DNA from: Salpingoeca rosetta
Lineage: Eukaryota > Protista > Choanoflagellata
Length of the DNA: 64,000 bases
NCBI GenBank assembly: GCA_033442325.1
Contig: JAWQFM010000022.1
Coordinates: 369,797-433,796 of the forward strand
Direction of reading: 5' to 3'
Under the pieces are notes generated by a model. The model did not search any database and was not told where the DNA came from. It saw nothing but the letters and a program-made list of their open reading frames with translations. Positions 11,401 through 23,069 of the stretch are shown here, one piece after another. The position numbers and the translations under genes are program-made. Within the stretch, counting starts at the first letter, position 1; every line of letters starts with the position of its first letter.

Positions 11401-14400
11401 GTCACGTTCTGTGTCGAAACAACAGGTGCAGTAGCATCCAGAACAGTCACGTCCATGGAAGCATAGTCAAAGTTGCCGCTGGCATCGACGGCGCCAATGG
11501 TGAGGTTGTTTGTTTGGTTCACGTTGGAGCAAGTCCAGCTCGATTCAACGTCGGCCAGCGAAGCTGCGCAGTTGTCAGTCAGGGATGACACAACGTCAGT
11601 GTGGTTAAGAACAACATCGCCTGCCGCAGACAACGTGACAGTCGTTGAAGCCAGAAGGGAGAGCACAGGCGCCTCCGTGTCGAGGACAAGGACGGACGAC
11701 TCAACAGATGCAACGTTGGACGATGAATCGGACGCGAACAACGTGACGTTCACCGAGCCAAGATCCGCGCATGTCACAAACGCAGGAACAGCATACGATG
11801 CCGCAACAGCGCAGTTGTCGGACGCGTTTGCGAAAAATGAAACGTCGGATGCACCGGTAGAGTTGAGCATCACTGTACCAGAGCCGAAATCCGTGATGAC
11901 AGGAGACTCGCTGTCAGTCACAGTCACTGCAAGCGTGTCCGTGCCGGTGTTCGAGCTCGGATCCGTCGCCGTCAGCGTGATCGTCACACCGCTCAGATCA
12001 GCGCACGTAAACAGCGACTGCGACAGCGTCACATCAGCACCGCAGTTGTCGCTCACAGAGTCATACGTCGAGCCAACAGACACCTCATACTCGCCACTGC
12101 TGTTCAGGAACACCTCAAGGCTCGCAACAGCCGTCACAACAGGAGACTCGTTGTCCTCAACAGTCACCGTCACAGTCGACGAGTCAGTGTTGCCGCTCGT
12201 GTCCGTCACAGTGCCAGTCACAGTCTGCGCACCAGTGTCGGCACACGTAAACACATCCCAGTCAGCCTCAACGCTCGCAACAGCGCAGTTGTCAGCGCTC
12301 GACGTCACAATCTCCCCAGTCGTCAGACCATACTGCCCAGTGCTGTTCAGCGAAACACTGAACGCGCCAGCAACAGTCAGCGTCGGAGACTCGTTGTCAG
12401 TCACAGTCACTGCAAGCGTGTCCGTGCCAGTGTTCGAGCTCGGATCCGTCGCCGTCAGCGTGATCGTCACGCCGCTCAGATCAGCGCACGTAAACAGCGA
12501 CTGCGACAGCGTCACATCAGCACCGCAGTTGTCGCTCACAGAGTCATACGTCGAGCCAACAGACACCTCATACTCGCCACTGCTGTTCAGGAACACCTCA
12601 AGGCTCGCAACAGCCGTCACAACAGGAGACTCGTTGTCCTGCACAACAACCGTGCTCGTCCCGTTCGCGCTGTTCCCGCTCCCATCAGCCACAACCAGCG
12701 TCACCTCGTTGGACGTCAGCGCTGCAGCACAACCAAACACCGTCTGTGACAGGCTGCGCGTGTCAACACCACAAGCATCGCTCGAGCTCACCTCAACGTC
12801 CCCAACTGTGAGCACGCCAACGCCGCTGCCGTTCAGCACAACATTCACGCTCGGTGCAACACTCAGCACAGGCGACGTCACATCAATAACAGTCACGCTC
12901 GCCTGCCCGCTCGCAGTGTTCCCGCTCGCATCCTCAACCGTCACAAGCACAGTCTGAGTCGCATTCAGATCAGCGCACCCAAAGCTCGTCCGGTCAACGC
13001 TCGAGTCGCTAACAGCACAGTTGTCCTCGCTGCTCGCAATCACCTCGCTCGCGCTCAGGCTGCCAGTCCCAGACGCATCAAGCGTCACAACAGCAGACTG
13101 TGTCGTCACATTCGGGCTCAGCGTGTCAACAACAGTCACCTCAACATCGCCATTGCGGAACTGCCCGTTCACATCAGTCACAAACACACTCACGGTGTGC
13201 GGTGACGTCGCAACGTCAGCACAATCAGCAACCTCAAGGCTCGTGATAATGTCGGCAACGCCACACGTGTCATTGTGGAACGGAAGCGCATTCGCCGTGC
13301 CATCAACACCAAGCTCAACCGTGAACGGCGTGTTCACAAAGTTGGGCTTCTCGCTGTCAACAACCGTCACAGACACCTCCGACGTCGCAGTCAGCCCGTT
13401 GCTGTCCGTCGCCGTCACAAGAACCACATGCGGGCTCGTGCTCACATCATCACAGTCAAACAGCGTCTGGTTCAGACTGAACGTCACTGTTTCGCAGTTG
13501 TCGCTCGATGACACAACAACATCGTTCGCCATCAGCACAGCCTGCCCAGTAATGCCAACCTCAACCGTAATGCTGCTCACTGTCGTCATCACAGGTGCAT
13601 CCTGATCCACAACCGTCACATACGTCCGCGATGTCGCCGTGTTCCCAGACGTGTCCGTCGCTGTCACGGTCACAGGAATCACACTGCTGATGTTCCCGCA
13701 CGTGAACGTGTCAACATCAAGGTCGACGCTCGCAACTGCGCAGTTGTCAGCGCTCGAAGCAGACAGGCTGCCGCTCGTGATGACGCCGTTGCCATTGCCG
13801 TCAAGCACAACAGTATAGTTCGCAACGCTGCTCACAGTGGGCGACGCGTTGTCAGTCACAGTCACTGCAAGCGTGTCCGTGCCAGTGTTCGAGCTCGGAT
13901 CCGTCGCCGTCAGCGTGATCGTCACGCCGCTCAGATCAGCGCACGTAAACAGCGACTGCGACAGCGTCACATCAGCACCGCAGTTGTCGCTCACAGAGTC
14001 ATACGTCGAGCCAACAGACACCTCATACTCGCCACTGCTGTTCAGGAACACCTCAAGGCTCGCAACAGCCGTCACAACAGGAGACTCGTTGTCCTCAACA
14101 GTCACCGTCACAGTCGACGAGTCAGTGTTGCCGCTCGTGTCCGTCACAGTGCCAGTCACAGTCTGCGCACCAGTGTCGGCACACGTAAACACATCCCAGT
14201 CAGCCTCAACGCTCGCAACAGCGCAGTTGTCAGCGCTCGACGTCACAATCTCCCCAGTCGTCAGACCATACTGCCCAGTGCTGTTCAGCGAAACACTGAA
14301 CGCGCCAGCAACAGTCAGCGTCGGAGACTCGTTGTCAGTCACAGTCACTGCAAGCGTGTCCGTGCCGGTGTTCGAGCTCGGATCCGTCGCCGTCAGCGTG

Positions 14401-17400
14401 ATCGTCACGCCGCTCAGATCAGCGCACGTAAACAGCGACTGCGACAGCGTCACATCAGCACCGCAGTTGTCGCTCACAGAGTCGTACGTCGAGCCAACAG
14501 ACACCTCATACTCGCCACTGCTGTTCAGGAACACCTCAAGGCTCGCAACAGCCGTCACAACAGGAGACTCGTTGTCCTGCACAACAACCGTGCTCGTCCC
14601 GTTCGCGCTGTTCCCGCTCCCATCAGCCACAACCAGCGTCACCTCGTTGGACGTCAGCGCTGCAGCACAACCAAACACCGTCTGTGACAGGCTGCGCGTG
14701 TCAACACCACAAGCATCGCTCGAGCTCACCTCAACGTCCCCAACTGTGAGCACGCCAACGCCGCTGCCGTTCAGCACAACATTCACGCTCGGTGCAACAC
14801 TCAGCACAGGCGACGTCACATCAACAACAGTCACGCTCGCCTGCCCGCTCGCAGTGTTCCCGCTCGCATCCTCAACCGTCACAAGCACAGTCTGAGTCGC
14901 ATTCAGATCAGCGCACCCAAAGCTCGTCCGGTCAACGCTCGAGTCGCTAACAGCACAGTTGTCCTCGCTGCTCGCAATCACCTCGCTCGCGCTCAGGCTG
15001 CCAGTCCCAGACGCATCAAGCGTCACAACAGCAGACTGTGTCGTCACATTCGGGCTCAGCGTGTCAACAACAGTCACCTCAACATCGCCATTGCGGAACT
15101 GCCCGTTCACATCAGTCACAAACACACTCACGGTGTGCGGTGACGTCGCAACGTCAGCACAATCAGCAACCTCAAGGCTCGTGATAATGTCGGCAACGCC
15201 ACACGTGTCATTGTGGAACGGAAGCGCATTCGCCGTGCCATCAACACCAAGCTCAACCGTGAACGGCGTGTTCACAAAGTTGGGCTTCTCGCTGTCAACA
15301 ACCGTCACAGANNNNNNNNNNNNNNNNNNNNNNNNNNNNNNNNNNNNNNNNNNNNNNNNNNNNNNNNNNNNNNNNNNNNNNNNNNNNNNNNNNNNNNNNN
15401 NNNNNNNNNNNCACATGCGGGCTCGTGCTCACATCATCACAGTCAAACAGCGTCTGGTTCAGACTGAACGTCACTGTTTCGCAGTTGTCGCTCGATGACA
15501 CAACAAACGTCGTTCGCCATCAGCACAGCCTGCCCCAGTAATGCCAACCTCAACCGTAATGCTGCTCACTGTCGTCATCACAGGTGCATCCTGATCCACA
15601 ACCGTCACATACGTCCGCGATGTCGCCGTGTTCCCAGACGTGTCCGTCGCTGTCACGGTCACAGGAATCACACTGCTGATGTTCCCGCACGTGAACGTGT
15701 CAACATCAAGGTCGACGCTCGCAACTGCGCAGTTGTCAGCGCTCGAAGCAGACAGGCTGCCGCTCGTGATGACGCCGTTGCCATTGCCGTCAAGCACAAC
15801 AGTATAGTTCGCAACGCTGCTCACAGTGGGCGACTCGTTGTCAGTCACAGTCACTGCAAGCGTGTCCGTGCCAGTGTTCGAGCTCGGATCCGTCGCCGTC
15901 AGCGTGATCGTCACGCCGCTCAGATCAGCGCACGTAAACAGCGACTGCGACAGCGTCACATCAGCACCGCAGTTGTCGCTCACAGAGTCATACGTCGAGC
16001 CAACAGACACCTCATACTCGCCACTGCTGTTCAGGAACACCTCAAGGCTCGCAACAGCCGTCACAACAGGAGACTCGTTGTCCTCAACAGTCACCGTCAC
16101 AGTCGACGAGTCAGTGTTGCCGCTCGTGTCCGTCACAGTGCCAGTCACAGTCTGCGCACCAGTGTCGGCACACGTAAACACATCCCAGTCAGCCTCAACG
16201 CTCGCAACAGCGCAGTTGTCAGCGCTCGACGTCACAATCTCCCCAGTCGTCAGACCATACTGCCCAGTGCTGTTCAGCGAAACACTGAACGCGCCAGCAA
16301 CAGTCAGCGTCGGAGACTCGTTGTCAGTCACAGTCACTGCAAGCGTGTCCGTGCCAGTGTTCGAGCTCGGGTCCGTCGCCGTCAGCGTGATCGTCACGCC
16401 GCTCAGATCAGCGCACGTAAACAGCGACTGCGACAGCGTCACATCAGCACCGCAGTTGTCGCTCACAGAGTCATACGTCGAGCCAACAGACACCTCATAC
16501 TCGCCACTGCTGTTCAGGAACACCTCAAGGCTCGCAACAGCCGTCACAACAGGAGACTCGTTGTCCTCAACAGTCACCGTCACAGTCGACGAGTCAGTGT
16601 TGCCGCTCGTGTCCGTCACAGTGCCAGTCACAGTCTGCGCACCAGTGTCGGCACACGTAAACACATCCCAGTCAGCCTCAACGCTCGCAACAGCGCAGTT
16701 GTCAGCGCTCGACGTCACAATCTCCCCAGTCGTCAGACCATACTGCCCAGTGCTGTTCAGCGAAACACTGAACGCGCCAGCAACAGTCAGCGTCGGAGAC
16801 TCGTTGTCAGTCACAGTCACTGCAAGCGTGTCCGTGCCAGTGTTCGAGCTCGGATCCGTCGCCGTCAGCGTGATCGTCACGCCGCTCAGATCAGCGCACG
16901 TAAACAGCGACTGCGACAGCGTCACATCAGCACCGCAGTTATCGCTCACAGAGTCATACGTCGAGCCAACAGACACCTCATACTCGCCACTGCTGTTCAG
17001 GAACACCTCAAGGCTCGCAACAGCCGTCACAACAGGAGACTCGTTGTCCTCAACAGTCACCGTTACAGTACCAGCGTCGGTGTTTCCGCTTGTATCCGTG
17101 GCCGTTGCTGTCACGACCACTGTGCCAACATCACTGCATGCCACTTGGTTTTTGCTGAAAACCAGGGCGTTGATGGCGCAGTTATCTGTGTAGCTCGCGA
17201 CAATGTCACTTGTGTCGAACTCATACAGGCCGGAGCTGTTGAGTGAAACGGTAAAGTCAGCCTGCATGGTGACAACGGGATTGAGCATGTCATCAACGCG
17301 CACAAGGACGGTGTCGTTGCCCGTGTTGCCTGCCTCATCCTCAATTAGCACGAGCGTTGTTGAGTCGCCAACGTCGTCGCAGGTGAACAGGCTCTTCTGC

Positions 17401-20400
17401 AGCTGGGTTGTGTAACCACAGTTCTCAACAACGGAGACGATGGCGCTTCCCGTGTCAAGCTCGATGTAACCGGTGGCGTTGAGATCGAGACCGATTCGGA
17501 ACACTTGAGCGTTGACCACGGGTATCTGTGTATCCTGCACGTTGACAGTGGCCGTCTTTGCGTTAGTGTTGCCGTTGACGTCCGTCACCGTCACGGTGAT
17601 CGTGTTCGCACCGAGGTTGGAGCACGTAAACGCCGTGGTGGAGACTATGGTGCTGGCAACGCCACAGTTGTCTGTCACAGATGAGGACACGTCACCCGAT
17701 GTGATGCTGCCGTCGCCGTTGGCATCCAAGACGACAGTTGTGTTGTTGATGTCAAAGGTGGGTGCTGCCGCATCCTGCACCGAGACCTGCGTGGTGGCTG
17801 TGGTTTGCAAGCCGCTGCTGTCTGTGACCACGATGCTGATGGTATGTGAGCCGACGTGGGCGCAGGTGAACCCGTCCTGGGACAGGGAGGTGGCGGCAAC
17901 GGCGCAGTTGTCGCTGTAGCTGTCCGTGACGTTGGCAATGGTGATGTTGGCGATGCCTTGATCTGCGGAGAGGCTGAGCGTCAGCGGTGCGGCGGGGACA
18001 AGAATGGGCGCCGTGGTGTCCTGCACTTCCACACGGAAACCCATGCTTGCCGACTGGCCCTGTGCATCTGTGACGGTGAAACTCAGCGTCTGGTTGCCCG
18101 TGTTGTCGCACGTGAAGGCGGTCTGGTTCACGGCAACTTGGGTGATGGCGCAGTTGTCGGAGCCAACGTACGTGATGTCTGCGGCATCCAGCGCGGCAAC
18201 GCCGCTCGAGTTGAGAGTGAGCGTGTACGCGTCCACAGACTGCAGTGTAGGGTCGGTGTCATCGGACACCGTGATGGACGTGGTGCGGGTGACCTGGTTG
18301 CCTGATCCGTCTGTTGCAGTCACGGAGACGGACTGCGTGCCGACGTCGGAGCAGGTGAACGTCTGGCTGGAGGAGGAGAGGGTGGTGGTGATGCAGTTGT
18401 CGCCCACGCTGCGCACGACCTCTGTGGTGTTGAAGTCGGCGAGGCCGGACGCGTTGAGGGAGATGGAGAAGGAGGAATCGAGGGTGAGCGTGGGGTTGCG
18501 CGTGTCAACGATGGTGACGCTGGCATCTGCCGCGTCCACGTTGAAGAAGTCATCAAAGACAACGAGCGTGACGGTCTGGTTGCCGAGATCGTCACAGGTG
18601 AACACGCCGGGGGCGGCGGAGAGCGAGCCGATGGCGCAGTTGTCGTATGAGCCGTTGTCGACAGTGGCTGGCGTGATGCTGACAAAGCCACCGGCACCAA
18701 GCTGGAGGGTGGTGGTGCCCGAGATGGTGACAGCGGTCGGGTCCATGTTGTCGATAATCTCCACGGGAACGGTCTGAGTGTCTGACTGGCCGTTGACGTC
18801 CGTCACGGTGACGTCGATGTTCTGCGTTGTGCCGGCGTCGGCGCAGGTGAAGAGGGACTTGGACACGGTGGTGGAGTAGACGGCGCAGTTGTCGCTCTGC
18901 GTGACAATGACGTCGGCAGCGGTCAGTGGGGCCTGACCGGACGCGTTGAGGTACACCTGGTGGGCCGACTTGAGGGTGAACACGGGCGCGGAGACGTCGC
19001 GCACGGTGATGAGGGACGTGGCCGTGGCGGCGTTGCCGCTCGCGTCTGTGGCGGTGACGAGCACGGTGATGGCGGCGCCGACGTCGTTGCAGGAGAAGGA
19101 GGTGCGGTTGAGTACCTGTGAGGCCACGCCGCAGTTATCGACGGCAGACGTGACGAGGTCACCGGCAGCGATCGTGGCGGCCCCGGCAGCATCAAGGTCC
19201 ACGACGAGCGTTGCGTTGACGGCAAGCACGGGGGCGGCCGTGTCAACAACCTCGACGGTGGTTGTGGAGGAGTTGGAGTTGCCGTTGACGTCGTAAGTGG
19301 TAGTGGTGATGGTGTTGTTGCCGAGGTCGGCGCACTCAAACAGCGACTGGGAGAGCGTCTGGTTAAGCACGGCGCAGTTATCGCTGGTGCCGGTGGTGAT
19401 GTCGCCTGCAGCCAGGGTGGCGTTGCCGTCTGTGGCGTGGAGGGTGAGCAGGTGGTAGCCGACGGTGGTGAGGTCAGGGTTGACCGAGTCCTCCACGGTA
19501 ACGGAGACGTTCGCTGTCGCGGCGTTGCCCTGGGCGTCGCTGATGGTGAGGAGGACGTCGGCAGTGCCAACGTCGCTGCAAGCGAACGCCGACTGCGCGA
19601 GCGTGCGCGTTGTGACGGCGCAGTTGTCCGAGTCGGAGTTGATGACGTCGGAGGCGGTGATGCTCACCGCGCCCGCGTCGTCAAGCTGGAGGGTGGTGGC
19701 GGCCACGGCGTCCAGGGTAGGCACCTCGTCATCGGCCACGGTGACGGCGACGGTGTCTGTGTCTGTGTTGCCGGCCGTGTCTGTGGCGGTGACGAGCAGG
19801 GTGCTGGCGCCCACGTCGGCGCAGGTGAGCTCGGTGAAGTTGAGGGCGACGGTGACGCCGTCACAGTTGTCTGTGGCGTTGATGAAGACGTCAGCCTGCT
19901 GGATGGTTGCCAGGCCGGACGTGTTGAGCGTGACGTCGAGGGAGGAGACGGCGAAGAGCAGCGGGGCAATGTTGTCGACGACCGTTGCCTCGACATCCAC
20001 AGAGGCCTGGTTGGCCGAGGCATCGGTGACCACGGCGGTGATGTTGTACGTGGTGCCAATGTCGGAGCAGGAGAAGGCTGTGCGGGAGAGGGTGGTGGTG
20101 GCGACGGCGCAGTTGTCGCTGCTGCTGCTGACCACATCCGCGTCTGTGATGGTGGCGAGCCCCGAGTCGTTGAGGGCCACGTTGAAGGGCGCCTGCGGGG
20201 TGATGGAGGGCACCTCGGTGTCCACGACGGTGACGTTGGTGTACTTTGTGGTGGAGGCGGAGCCATCGGAGGCGGTGATGGAGATGTTGAAGGAGGAGCC
20301 CGCGTCGCTGCAGGCGAACGTCTGCTGGGACGCGGAGAGGCTCACGCCGCCAACGCCGCAGTTGTCGTCGAGGCCGACCGCCAGGGCGTCGAGGTCGAGC

Positions 20401-21473
20401 GAATACAAGCCCGACGTGTTTAGCGTGGCGGTGACGGCGTCGGTGAGGGTGAAGGTGGGCCCCGTGTCATCGACGACGGTGATGACAACCATGTCGGTGT
20501 CCGTGTTGGCTGAGTCGTCCGTGCCCGTGAGGGTGACGGTGACTGGGGTGCCGACGTCTGTGCAGGAGAAGCTGGCCACGTCAATGGAGAGGGTGACGTT
20601 CTCGCAGTTGTCTGTCGCCGTGTCTGTCACCTGCGCAGCGTCGATGGAGGCCAGGCCGGAGACGTTGAGCGCGAGGGAGAAGTCCGCCACGGCTGTGACG
20701 GTGGGGGCGCTGGTGTCGGCGATGGTGACAGAGTCTGAGGACGTGGCGGCGTTGAAGTTGCTGTCCAGGACGATGAGCGTGACGTCGTTTGCGCCGATAT
20801 CGGTGCAGTAGAAGACGTTTGGCTGGACGCTCCTGGAGAAGATGCCGCACGCATCGGTGGTGGCCGATGCCAGGGCGCTCGGGGAGAGGATCACCTGCCC
20901 AAAGCTGTTGAGGGACTTTGTCCCTGGCGACTGAGGGGTGATGCTCGGCGCCGTGTCATCCTGCACGGTGACGGTGGCGGTGTCCGTGGCGTTGTTGCCG
21001 GCCTCGTCCTCCACGGTGAGCGTGACGCTCACGGGTCCAACGTCAGAGCAGGAGAAGCTGGTCTGTGAGGCGGAGAAGAGAAGGTTGCCGGCCGTGGTGG
21101 TGTCGTCTGAGCTGCCGCCGTCGAGGTTCGCTGGGTCGAGCGTGTACGTGCCGTCGGCGGCCAGGGTGATGGTGATGTCCTGGGCGACGGCGGTGGGCGG
21201 CGTGGTGTCCACGGCATGTGTAGGTGCGGAGAAGAGCAGCACAGCTGCAAGGAAGGCCAGAGTGGTGGTAACAAAACGCGACTGAAGTGTCGCAGACGTC
21301 GCCGCATGCTGACGCACGAGAACAGGGGCGTCAACAGCTACGGCAGCACCAGCACCACTGGTTCGGTAACGACGGTGGTGCGAAGAAGAGGTCGTCGGCA
21401 TCTTTGTGGTCATGTCTGCACGTGGTTGGTGGTGCAGGGAGCGATGATGCTTGACGCAGGCTGGCAAGCCCAT
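5484..21473 (-). CDS. Giant type-I membrane protein: signal peptide, ~57 Ig/HYR-like ~80-aa 'DNC' repeats, TSP1, SEA, TM, Pro-rich cytoplasmic tail (2 exons; intron 6884-7129)
   Basis: Joins ORFs 15471..21485, 7002..15416 and 5484..6917. Hydrophobic leader FVTTTLAFLAAVLLFSAPTHA. Repeat consensus D..P...(L[DN]..G)...SDNC...F.C.D.G...VT.TD..GN. TSP1 DCVMSKW..CSVSCGG.G...R..R...C. SEA-like SLRAGSVIAEV. TM AGVSLFAVALVVLIVVSVIVY followed by RRRAR. The GTAAGT donor and CAG acceptor keep frame (C-P-R-Q-K). Interrupted by the N gap and two nearby +1 indels. The start ATG could be 21473 or 21413. Confidence 0.85.
11895..17063. repeat. Near-identical intragenic tandem duplications: a 483-bp (2-domain) unit nested in a 1938-bp (8-domain) unit
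   Basis: 13021 matches 14959 (offset 1938). 16081, 16564 and 17047 match (offset 483). Copies differ at only a few bases. Confidence 0.92.
15312..15411. other. Assembly gap (100 N)
   Basis: Run of N. The flanks correspond to 13373 and 13425 of the paralogous repeat copy. Confidence 0.99.
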
Positions 21474-22020
21474 GGCCGTAGCCAAGAAGAGCCAGCGACG
21501 AAGCGGAGAGACGAAGCGTGTGGCGCAGGCAACAGCAGATCTGTCTCAAGTGTGTGTGTGTGTGTGTGTGTGGATGTGTGTGGATGTGTGTGTGTGTGTG
21601 TGTAGATGTGTGTGTGTGTGTGTGTGTGTGTGTGGATGTGTGTGTGTGTGGATGTGTGTAGGTGTGTGTGTTTGAAGCGGTGTGGTGAGCGGTAACACAA
21701 AGGTCAATGGGAAAAACGAAACAGCAACCCACAGGGTGCGGTAGAACAATGAGTTTGTCGTTGCCAGGTCAACAAAAGAACAAGAACGATCGGGAAGGGG
21801 TCAGGAAAGCAAAACCAGTCGGAAAGAGAAATGGTTGTGGTGGGTAGTGATGTGAAAGGCGGTGGGCGGGTTGGCGTTGAAAGCGCAGCGCACACAGCAG
21901 TGTGTGTGTTTGTGTGTGTCCAAGTCAAGCAAGGTCAGAAAGAAAACAAGAGGAGACGAGAGGATCAAGACGATCAACGTCAACGATCAGGGGTGCCCAG
22001 CACAGCGGTGGATGGCGCGC

Positions 22021-22065
<45 letters not shown>

Positions 22066-23023
22066 GTGTGGAGAAAGGAGAAAAGTGCACAAACCGACAA
22101 GCGAGCATGCGAGCAAGGGCGGCGGTAGGCAAGGGCGGTGGTGCGCAAACGGCAAAGGAAAGGAAGAGAGACCTCAGAAGGAGGTTCAAGGATGGGGGTG
22201 AAATCGCTCAGAAAACTGCCTGGAATGTGAGGACTGCCCATACGATGCGGCATAAGCGGCATGGAGAGAGATGGAAGCAAGATGGGTTGGGTTCAGACAG
22301 TAGTGGTTGCGTTTGACAAGGAGGGAAAGGAAGGGGAAAAAAACTTAGGCAGAGAGGAGAAGAAGGGATCGATCGAGCTCAAGCGAGATCACTGACACTG
22401 GTGCCAGGTGGCGTGTGGTCAGGCCGGTGGGTGTTGTTGGAGAGATGGAAGGAAAAAGGGGGGCAGAGAGAGATGATGGGGGAAGAGAAGAGAAGACACT
22501 TACTCGATACGATGGATGGGAGGGGTGGATGGATAAGATGAAGGCAAAGAAAGGTCTGAGATGTGTTGTATGTGTATGTGTGTGTGTTGTATGTGTATGT
22601 GTGTGTGTTGTATGTGTATGTGTGTGTGTGTGTGTTGTATGTGTATGTGTGTGTATGTGTGTTGTATGTGTGTGTGTTGTATGTGTATGGTTGACAACAG
22701 TGACAACGTGCAGTGCCAGCGTGTGATATGTGTGTGTTGGAAAGGAAGACACACGACCGCACGACAGAACACCGAGTAAAAGAAGGGAAAGAGGGAAGGA
22801 GAGGAACGCAGATGCGTTGAAGGGAGTGAGGGAATGAATGAACGAATGAGCGACGCGTAACAAGGCAAGGCAGGCAAGGTCAGGCAACGAAAGGGCGATA
22901 GTTTCTCGCGCACGTTTCGTTCGATGACAAGCGAGCCAACGAACGAACAAGACGAACGAACAAGACAAAGAACCACCACAGCAGAGACGGCAGCTGTGTG
23001 CACACGCGCGCGCACGCACAAAG

Positions 23024-23069
<46 letters not shown>

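Noticed and set aside
15500-15540. Frameshifts suggesting the giant gene is a pseudogene, two genes, or phase-variable
   Set aside because: The two +1 insertions (caacaaac, tgccccag) relative to the intact copy at ~13510-13550 lie within ~130 bp of the contig end, so low-quality sequence is the likelier cause. Raw reads would decide.
11895-17063. Repeat array as a CRISPR or mobile element
   Set aside because: The units are in-frame protein domains, with no spacers, terminal repeats or transposase.
5509-20811. Many long + strand ORFs (e.g. 5509..6963, 11473..12957, 15495..17246)
   Set aside because: They mirror the GC-rich minus-strand gene and carry no motifs of their own.
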